NCBI GenBank assembly: GCA_030604405.1 | Contig: JAUVVY010000024.1 | Coordinates: forward strand, 301 to 64,300 | Origin: a bacterium | GTDB lineage: Bacteria; Armatimonadota; Zipacnadia; Zipacnadales; UBA11051 | Length of the DNA stretch: 64,000 nt | Direction of reading: 5' to 3' | Part shown: one piece after another, positions 46,626 through 58,167 of the stretch | Numbering within the stretch: position 1 is the first letter of the stretch | Layout: every line of letters begins with the position of its first letter | The notes under the pieces: model-generated | Databases searched by the model: none | What the model was told of the DNA's origin: nothing | Seen by the model: only the letters and a program-made list of their open reading frames with translations | Translations under genes and position numbers: made by a program

Positions 46626-49604
46626 ATGTGGAAATCTGTGTCCTGGCTGCCACTACTTGCGCTACTGATGGCACAGTCCGCCGCTGCAGCGCCGGAAAGA
46701 TCGGCGCAGGCGCTTGCCGGCTACATGGCGCGGTTGATATCGGACTGCGAGCGGGTCGAGAGCGTCTTCCGCATGCACCAGCCAGATGGCAGCTACAACG
46801 TGTTCAAGCTGATGCCGACGGCCGCGGCCAAAGTTGTCGGCAAGAGTGTGCGCTGGCAGGTGGCGATGGACAGTGGCGACAGCGCGGTCCTGGAGCTGCG
46901 ATGGCGACCGGACGCGCCGGCGAATTTCGTGGCACTGTGGCTTAAGAACCCCCGTGGGCACCGCATCAGCCTGACGGTGGAGCTGAGTCTGGCCGACGCG
47001 ACCACAGTCGAGCTGGACACACAGGCCCTGGGCGATGAACTCAACTGGTATCAGTTGGCCTATGCGCTTCCAACAACGGAGATCGAATGGTCGGCTGTGG
47101 AGGGGCTGCTGCTGCGGCTTACCGGCCTGCAGCCGAATCAGACCTACGAACTCTACATTGACGAGGTGGAGGCTTACCGCGCGCCGCCGCTGGCGCTGAC
47201 GGTAGAGAATAGTGGGGCCGATGCCACCATAACCGCTGGTGCGCCACTCAGCCTGGAGCTAGCAGTCAGGCCGGCTGAAAGCCGGGCGAGCTGGCCTGAG
47301 CTTTACGCTGAGGTCGTCCAGGGTAGCTTTGTGGTCGCGCGGACGGCCCTGGAGTTTGCGCAGGCCGGGCCCGAGGGCGGCCGCATTGCCATCTCCAAAC
47401 CGGCAAGAATGCGGCTGCCGCAATACCTGCCCTCTGGCGACTATGAAGTGCGGGTCGCTGGTGATGTGCAGACAGCCGCCGGCTCGCCGTATCTGCGGCT
47501 GGTCGTGGAAAGCACGCGCCCGGCCCCGCAAATCAGCGTGCAGGCCGAATCCGGACAGGGAGCCATAGTCTGTGACGGGCAGCCGCTGGGGCCGGTGCTG
47601 CTGGAGGCTCCTGCAGCACAAGGACAGCAGTGGTCGGATGTAGGGCGGCTTTTCATGCTCGACGCCACCAGCGACTACGATCTATATGGCGGCAGCGCCG
47701 ACGTATGGCTGGCTCGCGACCGGTTTGACTATGCCGACTTGGACCGGCGGCTGAGCCAACTATTGCTGGCGCGGCCGGATGCGCTGGTGATGCTGCGAGT
47801 TTATGTCGGATCCCCGCCTTGGTGGGACGTTGAGAACCCCGGCGAGCTTGTGAAATTCGGTGACGGTTCGGTCAGCTCACCGTCGCGGGTGCCGGGCCGC
47901 AAGCATAGTTACGCATCCTGGGCATCGCCGAAATGGCGCGAGGATGCGGGCAGGGCCCTGGTGAAGCTGGTAGAGCACGTAGAGAGCTTGCCGGCAGGCC
48001 GCACGGTTGCTGGTTATCTGCTGTGCTCCGGCGAGTGGGGCAACTGGCAGTACCCGGGAGCCAGCCGCGAGCTTTTCTCCGATTACAGCGCCAGCCAACA
48101 TGACGCCTACCGGAAATGGCTGCGGGACAGCTACGGGAGCCTGGGTGCCCTGCGGGTGGCTTGGGGGCAGCCACTGGAGCCGCTGACCACCCCTGAAGCG
48201 ATCGCCGACGGGCGACCGATCCTGGGGTGGCACCAGGCCGGGATCCCCACACCTAAGCAACGAGTGCGCAGTCATTTGGGGGTACTACGTGACCCCGCGG
48301 GAGAACAGGACCTGGTTGATTATGACCTGTTCGCCTCCGAAGTGATCGTCGAGACTATCAACGAATTAGCGGCGGGGGTGAAGCAGTCGGCTCCGGGCAA
48401 GCTTTGTGGGGCCAGCTACGGCCACATCTTCGATCAAGCCCGGTACCGCTACGCCCTGCAAAACGGTGGCCACCTGGCCGTGGGGCTTGCGCTGCAATCG
48501 CAGCAACTGGATTTTCTCACCGTCCCGGCGATAGGTCTGCCCGGCGAGAGCGTTGACCTGGCTACCTTCGGCTCCTGCGAAAGCTCAGTCAATTCGCACC
48601 ACAAGATGCTCATCTACGAATGGCCCGCGTACGTGCACCGCGATTATTCGGAAGAATGGGTGAAGAATAAGCTCGCACAGGCGCTTTGCGCGGGCTGTGC
48701 GACCAGCGTGTCGTCAGAGATACTGGACGGTGAGCTGGGCGCGCAGTTGTCTTGTGCGGCGCGGATTGCTGCGGCTGCGAATCGACAATCGGCTGCCGAG
48801 ATCGCCGTAGTGGTGGACGATGTCAGTGTCGCGTACACGGTCTGCGGCAATGAGCTGACCGGCCCACTTCTCGACGAACAGCGGCGGGCCGTAACGCTGC
48901 TGGGCGCGCCGGTGGATGTGTGGCTGCTCGATGATGTGCTGTCCGGGCGAGCGCCACTTTACAGGATGTACCTGTTCCTGAATGCTTTCTATCTGACCAG
49001 AGCCGACCGTGAAGCGCTGCGTGCCGAGCTTGCTCGCGCAAAAGCGACCGCGGTATATGTGTACACCGCAGGGGCCATTGATAAGAACATCGGCGGACGA
49101 ACGGCAAAGCACCTCACAGGGATAAGCATACTGCCGCTGCGGGGCGAGGGCCTGCTCCAGGTGGTGCTCCCGGAGGGGGCGGGCACCTACGGCACGCACA
49201 GCCCGGTGCGCCTGCGTTTCACTTGCGACCCCACTGCCGATTGGATGGCCACGCTCCAGGGCACACATACAGCGGGGCTGGCACAGTTCAGCACCGAGCA
49301 GGGCACCGTGGTGTGGTCCGCCGCACCAAATGTTCCCAGCAGCATCCTGCGCGGCCTGGCCCTCGACGCCGGCGTACACATGTATGCCGACCCGGGCAAT
49401 GCGGTCTATGCGTGCAAGGAACTGGTGGGCATACGAGCTGGCACGAGCGGCCGGCACAGCGTGTATCTGCCCGACGCGGCGGACGTCTATGACTGCTTCA
49501 GCGGGGAGTTGCTGGGTCGCAGTACCGACCAGGTCACTCTGGCATTGGAGAAGGGGGAGACCGCGTTACTCTATGTCGGCGGCTCGCCCCCAGAACTGCC
49601 ATGA
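46626..49604 (+). CDS. Large secreted protein with a GH42-like (beta-galactosidase family) central region
   Basis: Signal peptide MWKSVSWLPLLALLMAQSAAAAP. The …YRKWLRDSYGSLGALRVAWGQPL… segment resembles the GH42 FxxWLkxkYgtxxxLNxAWG motif. Confidence 0.45.
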   Translation: MWKSVSWLPLLALLMAQSAAAAPERSAQALAGYMARLISDCERVESVFRMHQPDGSYNVFKLMPTAAAKVVGKSVRWQVAMDSGDSAVLELRWRPDAPANFVALWLKNPRGHRISLTVELSLADATTVELDTQALGDELNWYQLAYALPTTEIEWSAVEGLLLRLTGLQPNQTYELYIDEVEAYRAPPLALTVENSGADATITAGAPLSLELAVRPAESRASWPELYAEVVQGSFVVARTALEFAQAGPEGGRIAISKPARMRLPQYLPSGDYEVRVAGDVQTAAGSPYLRLVVESTRPAPQISVQAESGQGAIVCDGQPLGPVLLEAPAAQGQQWSDVGRLFMLDATSDYDLYGGSADVWLARDRFDYADLDRRLSQLLLARPDALVMLRVYVGSPPWWDVENPGELVKFGDGSVSSPSRVPGRKHSYASWASPKWREDAGRALVKLVEHVESLPAGRTVAGYLLCSGEWGNWQYPGASRELFSDYSASQHDAYRKWLRDSYGSLGALRVAWGQPLEPLTTPEAIADGRPILGWHQAGIPTPKQRVRSHLGVLRDPAGEQDLVDYDLFASEVIVETINELAAGVKQSAPGKLCGASYGHIFDQARYRYALQNGGHLAVGLALQSQQLDFLTVPAIGLPGESVDLATFGSCESSVNSHHKMLIYEWPAYVHRDYSEEWVKNKLAQALCAGCATSVSSEILDGELGAQLSCAARIAAAANRQSAAEIAVVVDDVSVAYTVCGNELTGPLLDEQRRAVTLLGAPVDVWLLDDVLSGRAPLYRMYLFLNAFYLTRADREALRAELARAKATAVYVYTAGAIDKNIGGRTAKHLTGISILPLRGEGLLQVVLPEGAGTYGTHSPVRLRFTCDPTADWMATLQGTHTAGLAQFSTEQGTVVWSAAPNVPSSILRGLALDAGVHMYADPGNAVYACKELVGIRAGTSGRHSVYLPDAADVYDCFSGELLGRSTDQVTLALEKGETALLYVGGSPPELP

Positions 49605-50281
49605 CACCCTTGCAGCACTTGCTTGTAGCCGAGCGTGTGTGCGCACGACTGGGCTGGGATGTAGCAGTCCGGCCGACGATGTGCCTGGGTGCGATCGCTC
49701 CGGACGCACACAGGATCGCAGAGCATATTGACCACCGCGCCCTGCATTTCAGAAGTCGCAAGACCAGGGACCGGCGCTTGATTGATTTTCTGCGCAACTA
49801 CCTGCGGCCCGCAGTCAACGGGCCGGCGGGCGCTCTGGAGTTCTGGGCTGGCTGGCTATGCCACATCAGCGCCGACGATATATGGCGCCGCAACCTGCAG
49901 CGGGATGTGCCACAGTTGTGGGATGGCATCGTGCACGGCACCGCCAGGCAATCCGACGAGTTGCGCGACAAGTACCTGAGGGAATGCAACCAACTTGACT
50001 TGGCGTTTTTCTCTCTTTATCAGCATACAGTCGCAGGGCTGAGAGAAGAACTGCTGGCCGCTGAGGCGCATTGGACGGCGGACCCGCTGACACCGCAAGA
50101 CCTCCATACATGGCGGCTGACGGTGGTGCAGTCTATGTTGCCGCCGCTGGCCGCTTCTGATACGGGGCTCGAGTACCTGACTATGGACTTCGTGGAACAA
50201 TGCATGTTTCAGTCCGAGCAGGAAACTTTCCGAATCTTGGAGTGGGAAATAGACGAGTCGGAGCTCTCCCCGATCTTCTAA
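49601..50281 (+). CDS. Hypothetical protein (possible H/D-rich metal site HxxxxDxxH)
   Basis: 226 aa. Its start overlaps the stop of the preceding gene. I recognise no family. Confidence 0.4.
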   Translation: MTPLQHLLVAERVCARLGWDVAVRPTMCLGAIAPDAHRIAEHIDHRALHFRSRKTRDRRLIDFLRNYLRPAVNGPAGALEFWAGWLCHISADDIWRRNLQRDVPQLWDGIVHGTARQSDELRDKYLRECNQLDLAFFSLYQHTVAGLREELLAAEAHWTADPLTPQDLHTWRLTVVQSMLPPLAASDTGLEYLTMDFVEQCMFQSEQETFRILEWEIDESELSPIF

Positions 50282-50427
50282 AAGTAGCTAGCCCGGATTA
50301 TTGGTAAATGGAATAATATGCCGAGCAAAATCAGCCGGTTAGTCGTAGGACAGGCTGTCCTCCATGTTTTTCAAGAGCCTCCTGTTTCACCGGCAATCCT
50401 TACATCCACCCAAGCCCCTGGCTGGTC

Positions 50428-50456
50428 TTGACCGCCGCTGAGGTGTATGCTACACT
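50428..50456 (+). promoter_or_regulatory. Candidate sigma70 promoter of the arg operon (TTGACC, 17-nt spacer, TACACT) with a leader of about 175 nt
   Basis: Good -35/-10 match 200 nt upstream of argC. The leader contains a small palindrome ccgcgccaggcgcgg. Coordinates are approximate to within 1–2 nt. Confidence 0.35.
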
Positions 50457-50631
50457 AAAGCCCACACCGGAGCGAAAAGATATGCTATACATGCGCACAA
50501 GCTGCAACTCAATAAGTTGTTGCGTACTCCGCGCCAGGCGCGGCTAGTACAACCTGCGCAGTGATCAGCAAGGCATGTGTGTTGATGCCGCCCGAAGTCA
50601 GGGGGGCATCGTTTATTTTGGGGGTACGGAA

Positions 50632-51690
50632 ATGAGTCCCACGCAGATGAAGATTGCAATACTGGGCGCCTCCGGCTACGGCGGCGTGGAATTGCTCCGC
50701 TTAGCCGCCGAGCACCCTTATCTGGAGGTCACCTACTGCGCCGGCCATACCAGCGCAGGCGAGAAAATGAGCGACCTCTACCCGCACTTGCCACCGCCGC
50801 TGGGCGACATCGTGCTGGGCGACATCGCCGTCGGGAAGGCCGCCGCTGCCGCCGACATCCTCGTATTCTGCCTGCCGCACAGCGCCGGTATGGATATGGT
50901 CGCGGAGGCCTGCGAGATGGGCAAGACCGTGCTGGACTTCTCCGCCGACTACCGCCTCAAAGACGTGGCCGAATACGAGGCCTGCTACGAGGTGAAACAC
51001 ACTCACCCGCAACTGCTGTCAGAGGCAGTCTATGGCCTGCCCGAGTTGCATCGCGAGGAAATCATCGGCTCGCGCCTCATCGCGGTGCCGGGCTGTTATC
51101 CGACTGCGGTCATTCTCGCGCTGGCTCCGGCGGTGAAGCACGGGCTTATATCAACTGATATGCTCATCGCCGACAGCAAGTCCGGAGTCTCGGGCGCGGG
51201 TCGCACAGCCTCATTGACCACACACTTTTCCGAAGTCAATGAATCGCTTACCGCCTACAAGATCGCCAGTCACCGGCACACGCCCGAAATGGATCAGGAG
51301 CTGAGCGCGCTGCAAGACGCCGGCAAGCTGCAGGTCACATTTGTCCCGCACCTGGTCCCGCAAATACGCGGCATTCTCAGCACCTGCTATGCGCACCTGG
51401 CCAAAGCCATGACCGTCGCTGAGATTCATGAAGTCTATTCTGATTTCTATGCGGATGAGCCATTTGTGTATCTCCACCCGCTCGGCAAGGTCCCGGCCAC
51501 CAAGCACGTCAGCGGCACCAACCGCTGCGACGTGGGCATAGCGGTTGACGAGCGCACCGGCCGACTTGTGGCCGTGTCGGCAGTGGATAACCTGATTAAG
51601 GGACTGTCCGGTGCGGCAGTGCAGTGTCTCAACCTGGCCTGCGGCTGGGAAGAGACAACCGGCCTGCCGCTGGTAGCCCACTGGCCTTGA
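50632..51690 (+). CDS. argC: N-acetyl-gamma-glutamyl-phosphate reductase
   Basis: KIAILGASGYGG NAD-binding motif and catalytic VPGCYPTA. Confidence 0.9.
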   Translation: MSPTQMKIAILGASGYGGVELLRLAAEHPYLEVTYCAGHTSAGEKMSDLYPHLPPPLGDIVLGDIAVGKAAAAADILVFCLPHSAGMDMVAEACEMGKTVLDFSADYRLKDVAEYEACYEVKHTHPQLLSEAVYGLPELHREEIIGSRLIAVPGCYPTAVILALAPAVKHGLISTDMLIADSKSGVSGAGRTASLTTHFSEVNESLTAYKIASHRHTPEMDQELSALQDAGKLQVTFVPHLVPQIRGILSTCYAHLAKAMTVAEIHEVYSDFYADEPFVYLHPLGKVPATKHVSGTNRCDVGIAVDERTGRLVAVSAVDNLIKGLSGAAVQCLNLACGWEETTGLPLVAHWP

Positions 51691-51825
51691 ACGGCAACGT
51701 CAACGGATAACGACGACACCTTGGGGGGAGACTTTTTGGAAAAAGTCCCCCCAAACCCCCTTCAAAAACTTTCAGAAGGGGCGGGAAGTCGTCGAGGCGC
51801 TGACGTATATGGAGGGTAATTCATA

Positions 51826-53076
51826 ATGACAAGTTTTGCGGACATAAATGAGGTTTCCGGCGGCGTGCTGGCCGCGCAAGGATTTGTGGCCGCCGCTGTC
51901 AGCAGCGGCATCAAGCCGCCGCCCGCACTGGACTTGGTGATGATTCATTCCCAATATCCGGCGTCCGCTGCTGCGACCGTCACCCGCAACGTATTCCGCG
52001 CTGCGCCGACATACATCACCGAGGAAGCCGTCACCAACGGCAAAGCGCGCACCATCATCGTCAACTCCGGTAATGCCAACGCCGGCACCGGCCGGCAGGG
52101 AATGAGCGACGCCCGCCAGATGGCCGCACTGGCAGCAGAGGCGACAGGCGTTGAGGTCCTGGAGGTCGTTGTGTGCTCCACCGGCCACATCGGAGACATC
52201 CTGCCGATGGACAAAGTGGCCGCCGGTATCGACCAGCTTGACGGCCGACTCAGCCGCGCGAACCCGGAAGAGATCGCCCGCGGCATCATGACTACTGACA
52301 CCGTGCCCAAGCATTGTGCCGTCGAGTTCACGGTGGGCGGCAGGGGCGCTCGGCTCGGCGGCATCTGCAAGGGCGCAGGGATGATCTGCCCGAACATGGC
52401 CACCATGCTCTGCTTCATCACCACCGACGTGGCGATCGCAGCCACAGCGCTGCAAGACGCCCTCAACTGGTCTGTCGCGCGCTCCTTCAACTGTATCAGC
52501 GTTGACGGCGATATGAGCACCAATGATACCGTCGCGCTGCTGGCTAACGGCCAGGCCGGTAATGAGACGATTACCGGCGCGGTGTCGGAAGATTATGCGG
52601 TCTTCCGCGCGGCGCTGCTGCACGTGACCCAGGACCTGGCGAAGAAGATCGCTGCCGACGGCGAGGGCGCAACGAAATTCGTTACCGTGAAGATCACCGG
52701 GGCGGCCAGCTACGAAGAAGCACGCACGGCCGGCCGCGCGGTGACCAACTACAGCCTGCTCAAGACCGCTATCTACGGCGGCGACTTCAACTGGGGCCGC
52801 ATCGCAGCCGCGGTCGGAAGCAGCGAGGTGCCGTTCGACCCCGATAGGGCAGCCATCAAGATCGCCGGCATCACCGTGTTCGCTGAGGGTAAGGTGCAGG
52901 ACTTCGACCTGGCGCGGGGCCGCGCGCAGATGGCTGCAAAAGAAATCGAGATCGAGATAGACCTGGCCAGGGGCGATGAGTCGCTGACACTGTGGACCTG
53001 CGATCTGACGCCCGAGTATGTGCACCTCAACGCCGAATATGATGCGTCGGACTTGGCCGGGGCAGAGGCAGACTGA
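51826..53076 (+). CDS. argJ: Bifunctional glutamate N-acetyltransferase / amino-acid acetyltransferase
   Basis: ArgJ fold with the autoproteolysis site ATML(CFITTD). Confidence 0.9.
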   Translation: MTSFADINEVSGGVLAAQGFVAAAVSSGIKPPPALDLVMIHSQYPASAAATVTRNVFRAAPTYITEEAVTNGKARTIIVNSGNANAGTGRQGMSDARQMAALAAEATGVEVLEVVVCSTGHIGDILPMDKVAAGIDQLDGRLSRANPEEIARGIMTTDTVPKHCAVEFTVGGRGARLGGICKGAGMICPNMATMLCFITTDVAIAATALQDALNWSVARSFNCISVDGDMSTNDTVALLANGQAGNETITGAVSEDYAVFRAALLHVTQDLAKKIAADGEGATKFVTVKITGAASYEEARTAGRAVTNYSLLKTAIYGGDFNWGRIAAAVGSSEVPFDPDRAAIKIAGITVFAEGKVQDFDLARGRAQMAAKEIEIEIDLARGDESLTLWTCDLTPEYVHLNAEYDASDLAGAEAD

Positions 53077-53097
53077 ACAGAAGAACGGGTGAGATAA

Positions 53098-53983
53098 ATG
53101 GATAAGCACAATAGCTCCGTGAACGGACGTGTGGGCACGCTGATTGAGGCGTTGCCCTACATGCGGAAGTGGGCCGGCAAGACAGTGGTGGTAAAATACG
53201 GTGGCGCGGCGATGACCGACCCGGCCCTGCAGCACAGCGTCATGAAGGACCTGGTGCTTCTGCACTACGTCGGCGTGCGCGTTGTGGTGGTGCACGGCGG
53301 CGGGCCGAAGATTAGCGAGATGATGGAGCGGCTGGGCGAAAAGCCCGAGTTTGTCGGCGGCCTGCGCGTCACCGGCGAAGCAACGATGGAGATCGTCCAG
53401 ATGGTGCTGATCGGCCTCGTCGGCCAGGAGCTGGTGTCGTTGCTCAACGCCGAAGGCGGCCGGGCGGTCGGACTCTCCGGCAAGGACGCCAAGCTCATCA
53501 CCGCCACCAAGAAGCACTCCGACGAAGGCGATCTCGGCTGCGTCGGCGAGGTCGAGCACATCGACACCAAGCTGATTGATGTGCTGAATGACGCCGGCCA
53601 TATCGTGGTGCTGTCGCCCGTCGGGGTCGGCTCCGATTCTGAGAGTTATAACATCAACGCCGATACGGTGGCCTCTGAAGTCGCCGCAGCGCTGCAGGCC
53701 GAAAAGCTGATTATGCTCACCGACGTGGCCGGCGTGCTGCGCGATGTCGCAGACCCCTCAAGCCTCATCAGCGTGATGAATCCTACCCGGGCCCGCCAAC
53801 TCATAAGCGATGGTATCGTCAGCAAGGGCATGATCCCGAAAGTCGAGGCAGGCGTCCAGGCCATCGACAAGGGTGTAACCAGCGCTCACCTGATAGACGG
53901 CCGGGTGGAACACTCGCTGCTGGTGGAGCTTTTCACCGAAGAAGGCATCGGAACGATGATCGCCGCACACGGAGGCACAACTG

Positions 53984-53991
<8 letters not shown>
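53098..53991 (+). CDS. argB: Acetylglutamate kinase
   Basis: Amino-acid kinase family. VVVKYGGAAM and VVHGGGP motifs. Confidence 0.9.
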
Positions 53992-55177
<1,186 letters not shown>

Positions 55178-55345
55178 CGCCTCGCAACGGCACCTTAAAC
55201 ATGCCCGCGTGGCACAGGCTTGCGCGCCGTAGCTTTAGCGAAGGCGGGGCTTTCCCGCAGGGGCTGAGCTTGTCGAAGCCCAGCCTGTGAATGTCGTTAG
55301 CTGATGTCAATTGCTCTGCCAATGCCTTTCTTTCGCAGGCACGCG

Positions 55346-56521
55346 CTACCACATGCCGTGGATCTGGGTGCCACAGAAACGGCAGGCACCGTTGGATTTG
55401 ATGTTGCGGGCAAGGATCTGATAGCCGTCCCGTTTGATCACGATCTGTGCGCAACTGGGGCAATGCGTCGAGGCCAGATCGCTGCCGGAGACATTCCCGA
55501 CATAGACGTACTTGAGGCCCGCCTGGCGGCCGATGTGGCGGCAGCGTCGCAGCGTGTCTATGGGAGTAGGCGGTAGATTCTTCAGCCGGTAGGCCGGGAA
55601 AAAGCGCGAGAAATGTAGCGGTATGTACGGCCCGCCCACCTTCACCAGCCACTTTGCCATCGCCTCGATCGTCTTCGGATTGTCGTTGACCGTCGGCACC
55701 ACCAGATAGACGATCTCCAGCCACTTGCCCAGCGCTACCAGCCGCTTGATGGTGGTCTTGACCGGCTCCAGTTGCCCCGCTGTGTATTCGCGATAGAAAT
55801 CATCTGAAAAGCCCTTCAGGTCAATTTTCACCGCGTCAAGATATGGCGCCAGAGCCAGCATCGGCTCACGGTTGATGCTCCCCGAGGATATCATCACCGA
55901 CTTGATGCCCTGCTGGCGGGCAAGTTTGGCGGTATCGTACATGTACTCGTAAAACGCAATCGGCTCATTGTAGGTGTAGGCGATTGTCGCAACGCCGTTG
56001 GACTTGGCTTTGGACACCAGCGTCTGAGGCGACATGCTGACGAGGCGGTGTTCGGCGCGAAGCTGCTCGGGAGTGCGCTGGGAGATCTCCCAATTCTGGC
56101 AGTCCTTGCAGCGCAGGTTGCAGCCGGCGGTGCCCACCGAAAGCGCCCGGGTGCCGGGGTAAAAGTGAAACAGCGGCTTCTTCTCGATCGGATCTATGTG
56201 CAGGGCCGCCGCCTCGCCATAGACCAGCGTGTAGTACTTGCCGCCACGGTTCTCGCGCACCCGGCAAGCACCCCGCTGGCCGTCGGAAGTTATACATTGC
56301 CACGGGCACAGAGTACACTGGACCCGGTTGCCAGACAGCCGCTTGTAGTACAGCGCCTCGTGCACGCCGGCCCCGCTCGCGGCTTGTGCAGACGGCAGCA
56401 GTCGGCTCAGCCCGGCAGCTCCCGCAGCCAGCCCGACACCGGCCAACGCGGCCTTCTTAAGGAACTCGCGCCGCGTCATGGTCTCTTCGGAGGTATCTTT
56501 TTCGGACTGCTCGCTATCCAT
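55346..56521 (-). CDS. AmmeMemoRadiSam-system radical SAM enzyme with an N-terminal twin-arginine signal
   Basis: CNLRCKDC radical-SAM cluster motif. PFL-activase-like scaffold. N-terminus …MTRREFLKKAALAGVGLAAGAAGLSRLLPSAQAAS is a Tat signal; an alternative start is at 56479. Adjacent to the Memo-AMMECR1 gene. Confidence 0.8.
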   Translation of the reverse strand: MDSEQSEKDTSEETMTRREFLKKAALAGVGLAAGAAGLSRLLPSAQAASGAGVHEALYYKRLSGNRVQCTLCPWQCITSDGQRGACRVRENRGGKYYTLVYGEAAALHIDPIEKKPLFHFYPGTRALSVGTAGCNLRCKDCQNWEISQRTPEQLRAEHRLVSMSPQTLVSKAKSNGVATIAYTYNEPIAFYEYMYDTAKLARQQGIKSVMISSGSINREPMLALAPYLDAVKIDLKGFSDDFYREYTAGQLEPVKTTIKRLVALGKWLEIVYLVVPTVNDNPKTIEAMAKWLVKVGGPYIPLHFSRFFPAYRLKNLPPTPIDTLRRCRHIGRQAGLKYVYVGNVSGSDLASTHCPSCAQIVIKRDGYQILARNIKSNGACRFCGTQIHGMW

Positions 56522-56523
56522 TT

Positions 56524-58086
56524 TCAGTGCTCTTCCGATTCGCCGAAAACCTGGGCGGTGAAGACGTACAGCTCGGTGTTCGGGTCCTTGTAGGCGTCAC
56601 CCGCCAGGCCGGCCTTGTGGCTGCACAGATTCTCCAGCATCTGCTCGCGATTCCAGCCCTGCTCCGGAGCCACCTGCGGCAGATACACCCCGTTGCGACG
56701 GCCCCGCACCACCATTACCCCATGCTTGCCAACCTTGATGTCGGTGTAGCTGGCTACCGGCTCCATGGGTGAAAGCACGCTGATTTCGATGTGCAATTCC
56801 TTCAGCTCGTCGCGCGTCACCGGCGAGAAGCGATGGTCGCGAACCGCCGCCGAAACCGCTGCGTCGCGTACAGCCACTGCCAGCGCATGCCGGGCGATAA
56901 TCTGACCGATGCAGCCGCGCAGCTTGCCGTCCTTGGTAAGCGTGACGAACACCGCCCGCTGCTCGTGCATGGCCGGGTCCGAGGTTGCGATGTCCGGAAG
57001 CGTACCGGTGCCGAGGTGCGCCTTGATACTGCTGCGGGCCAGCTTGAGCAGGTACTGCTGCTGGGCCTTGTCTAGTTCGACGCTTGGGGCGGCGCCAGGT
57101 TCGCCGGAAGAGGTGGCAGCTTTCCGCGCGCCGACGAACACCACGGCCCCGTAGCCGACACAACGGCTCGCACTGCGTGGGTCGGCGTCGGCTGAGTTGG
57201 CATAGTGCAGCATATCGGCTCTGGTGGCTCCCAGCATCTTGGCCGCGCCCATCCCCGCCACCACCGGCCCCAGCCCGCAGGCGGTGCAGTGCAGATTCGG
57301 TATGTCACGGGCCAGCAGCTCCCTGTCAGCGGCATACACGGTATCCACATCAAGGCTGCAGATGGCGTCCAGAATCTCATGGTCAACTGTCTTGGCCTGC
57401 TCGGCAGTCGGAAAATGCGAAAGATCGGTGCTGACCACCAGCAGCGTCTTTTCATTAGCCACCGACGCAATCGCTTGCCCTAGCGGTTGGGTGTTGTGAG
57501 GGCCAAAATCGCTGAACACGATCGGGACGATGGAAAACTCCTCAAGCACCGTCTGCAGGAAGGGAAGCTGCGTCTCCAGGGAGTGCTCGCCGTCGTGGGC
57601 GGTATCACTCATCTTGAAGCGACTGCTCGCGGCCAGCAACTTTTCGTTCATCTCTTGGCTGACAGGGACCTTGCCCAGCGGCGTCTCCCAGAAATCGTGC
57701 GAACTCAGCGCCGCACCGCTCAGCGGCATGCCACGGTGCGACGGGCCGACGAGAATCACCGTATCGTAGCTGCGGTCTTTGAGAATGGCGTAGGAATAGC
57801 CCGCGACGGCTCCTGAGAATTCGTAGCCGGCATGTGGGGCGATGACGGCGATGATGTCATCGGTTATCTCGGGCACCTGCGCGGCAGCAAGGTAGCCATT
57901 GACATCTGCTGCAAGCCCTTCGGGATCGGCCCTGTAAAACTGGCCCGCTACACACGTAGCCCGCACCGAGGCGGTCTCGGCAGGCGCAGGCGGCTGGGCG
58001 GCGGCTTGCTGAGGTTCGAGGTTCCTGGAGCAGCCTAGAATGGCGATCAGCACCAGGCCGGGCAAATGCTGAGCGGCGCGTTTCAT
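56524..58086 (-). CDS. Memo-like (AmmeMemoRadiSam protein B) fused to an AMMECR1 domain (protein A), with a lipoprotein-type signal
   Basis: APHAGYEFSG Memo motif. C-terminal RGCIG AMMECR1 motif. N-terminus MKRAAQHLPGLVLIAILGCS has a lipobox-like motif. Confidence 0.75.
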   Translation of the reverse strand: MKRAAQHLPGLVLIAILGCSRNLEPQQAAAQPPAPAETASVRATCVAGQFYRADPEGLAADVNGYLAAAQVPEITDDIIAVIAPHAGYEFSGAVAGYSYAILKDRSYDTVILVGPSHRGMPLSGAALSSHDFWETPLGKVPVSQEMNEKLLAASSRFKMSDTAHDGEHSLETQLPFLQTVLEEFSIVPIVFSDFGPHNTQPLGQAIASVANEKTLLVVSTDLSHFPTAEQAKTVDHEILDAICSLDVDTVYAADRELLARDIPNLHCTACGLGPVVAGMGAAKMLGATRADMLHYANSADADPRSASRCVGYGAVVFVGARKAATSSGEPGAAPSVELDKAQQQYLLKLARSSIKAHLGTGTLPDIATSDPAMHEQRAVFVTLTKDGKLRGCIGQIIARHALAVAVRDAAVSAAVRDHRFSPVTRDELKELHIEISVLSPMEPVASYTDIKVGKHGVMVVRGRRNGVYLPQVAPEQGWNREQMLENLCSHKAGLAGDAYKDPNTELYVFTAQVFGESEEH

Positions 58087-58167
58087 CGCAATGTCCTCGT
58101 GAATTGTAATGTTTCCCGTGTGTATATCTTCGCCACGGCCCCGGCAATATCCTTGTCGCATCTGTCG

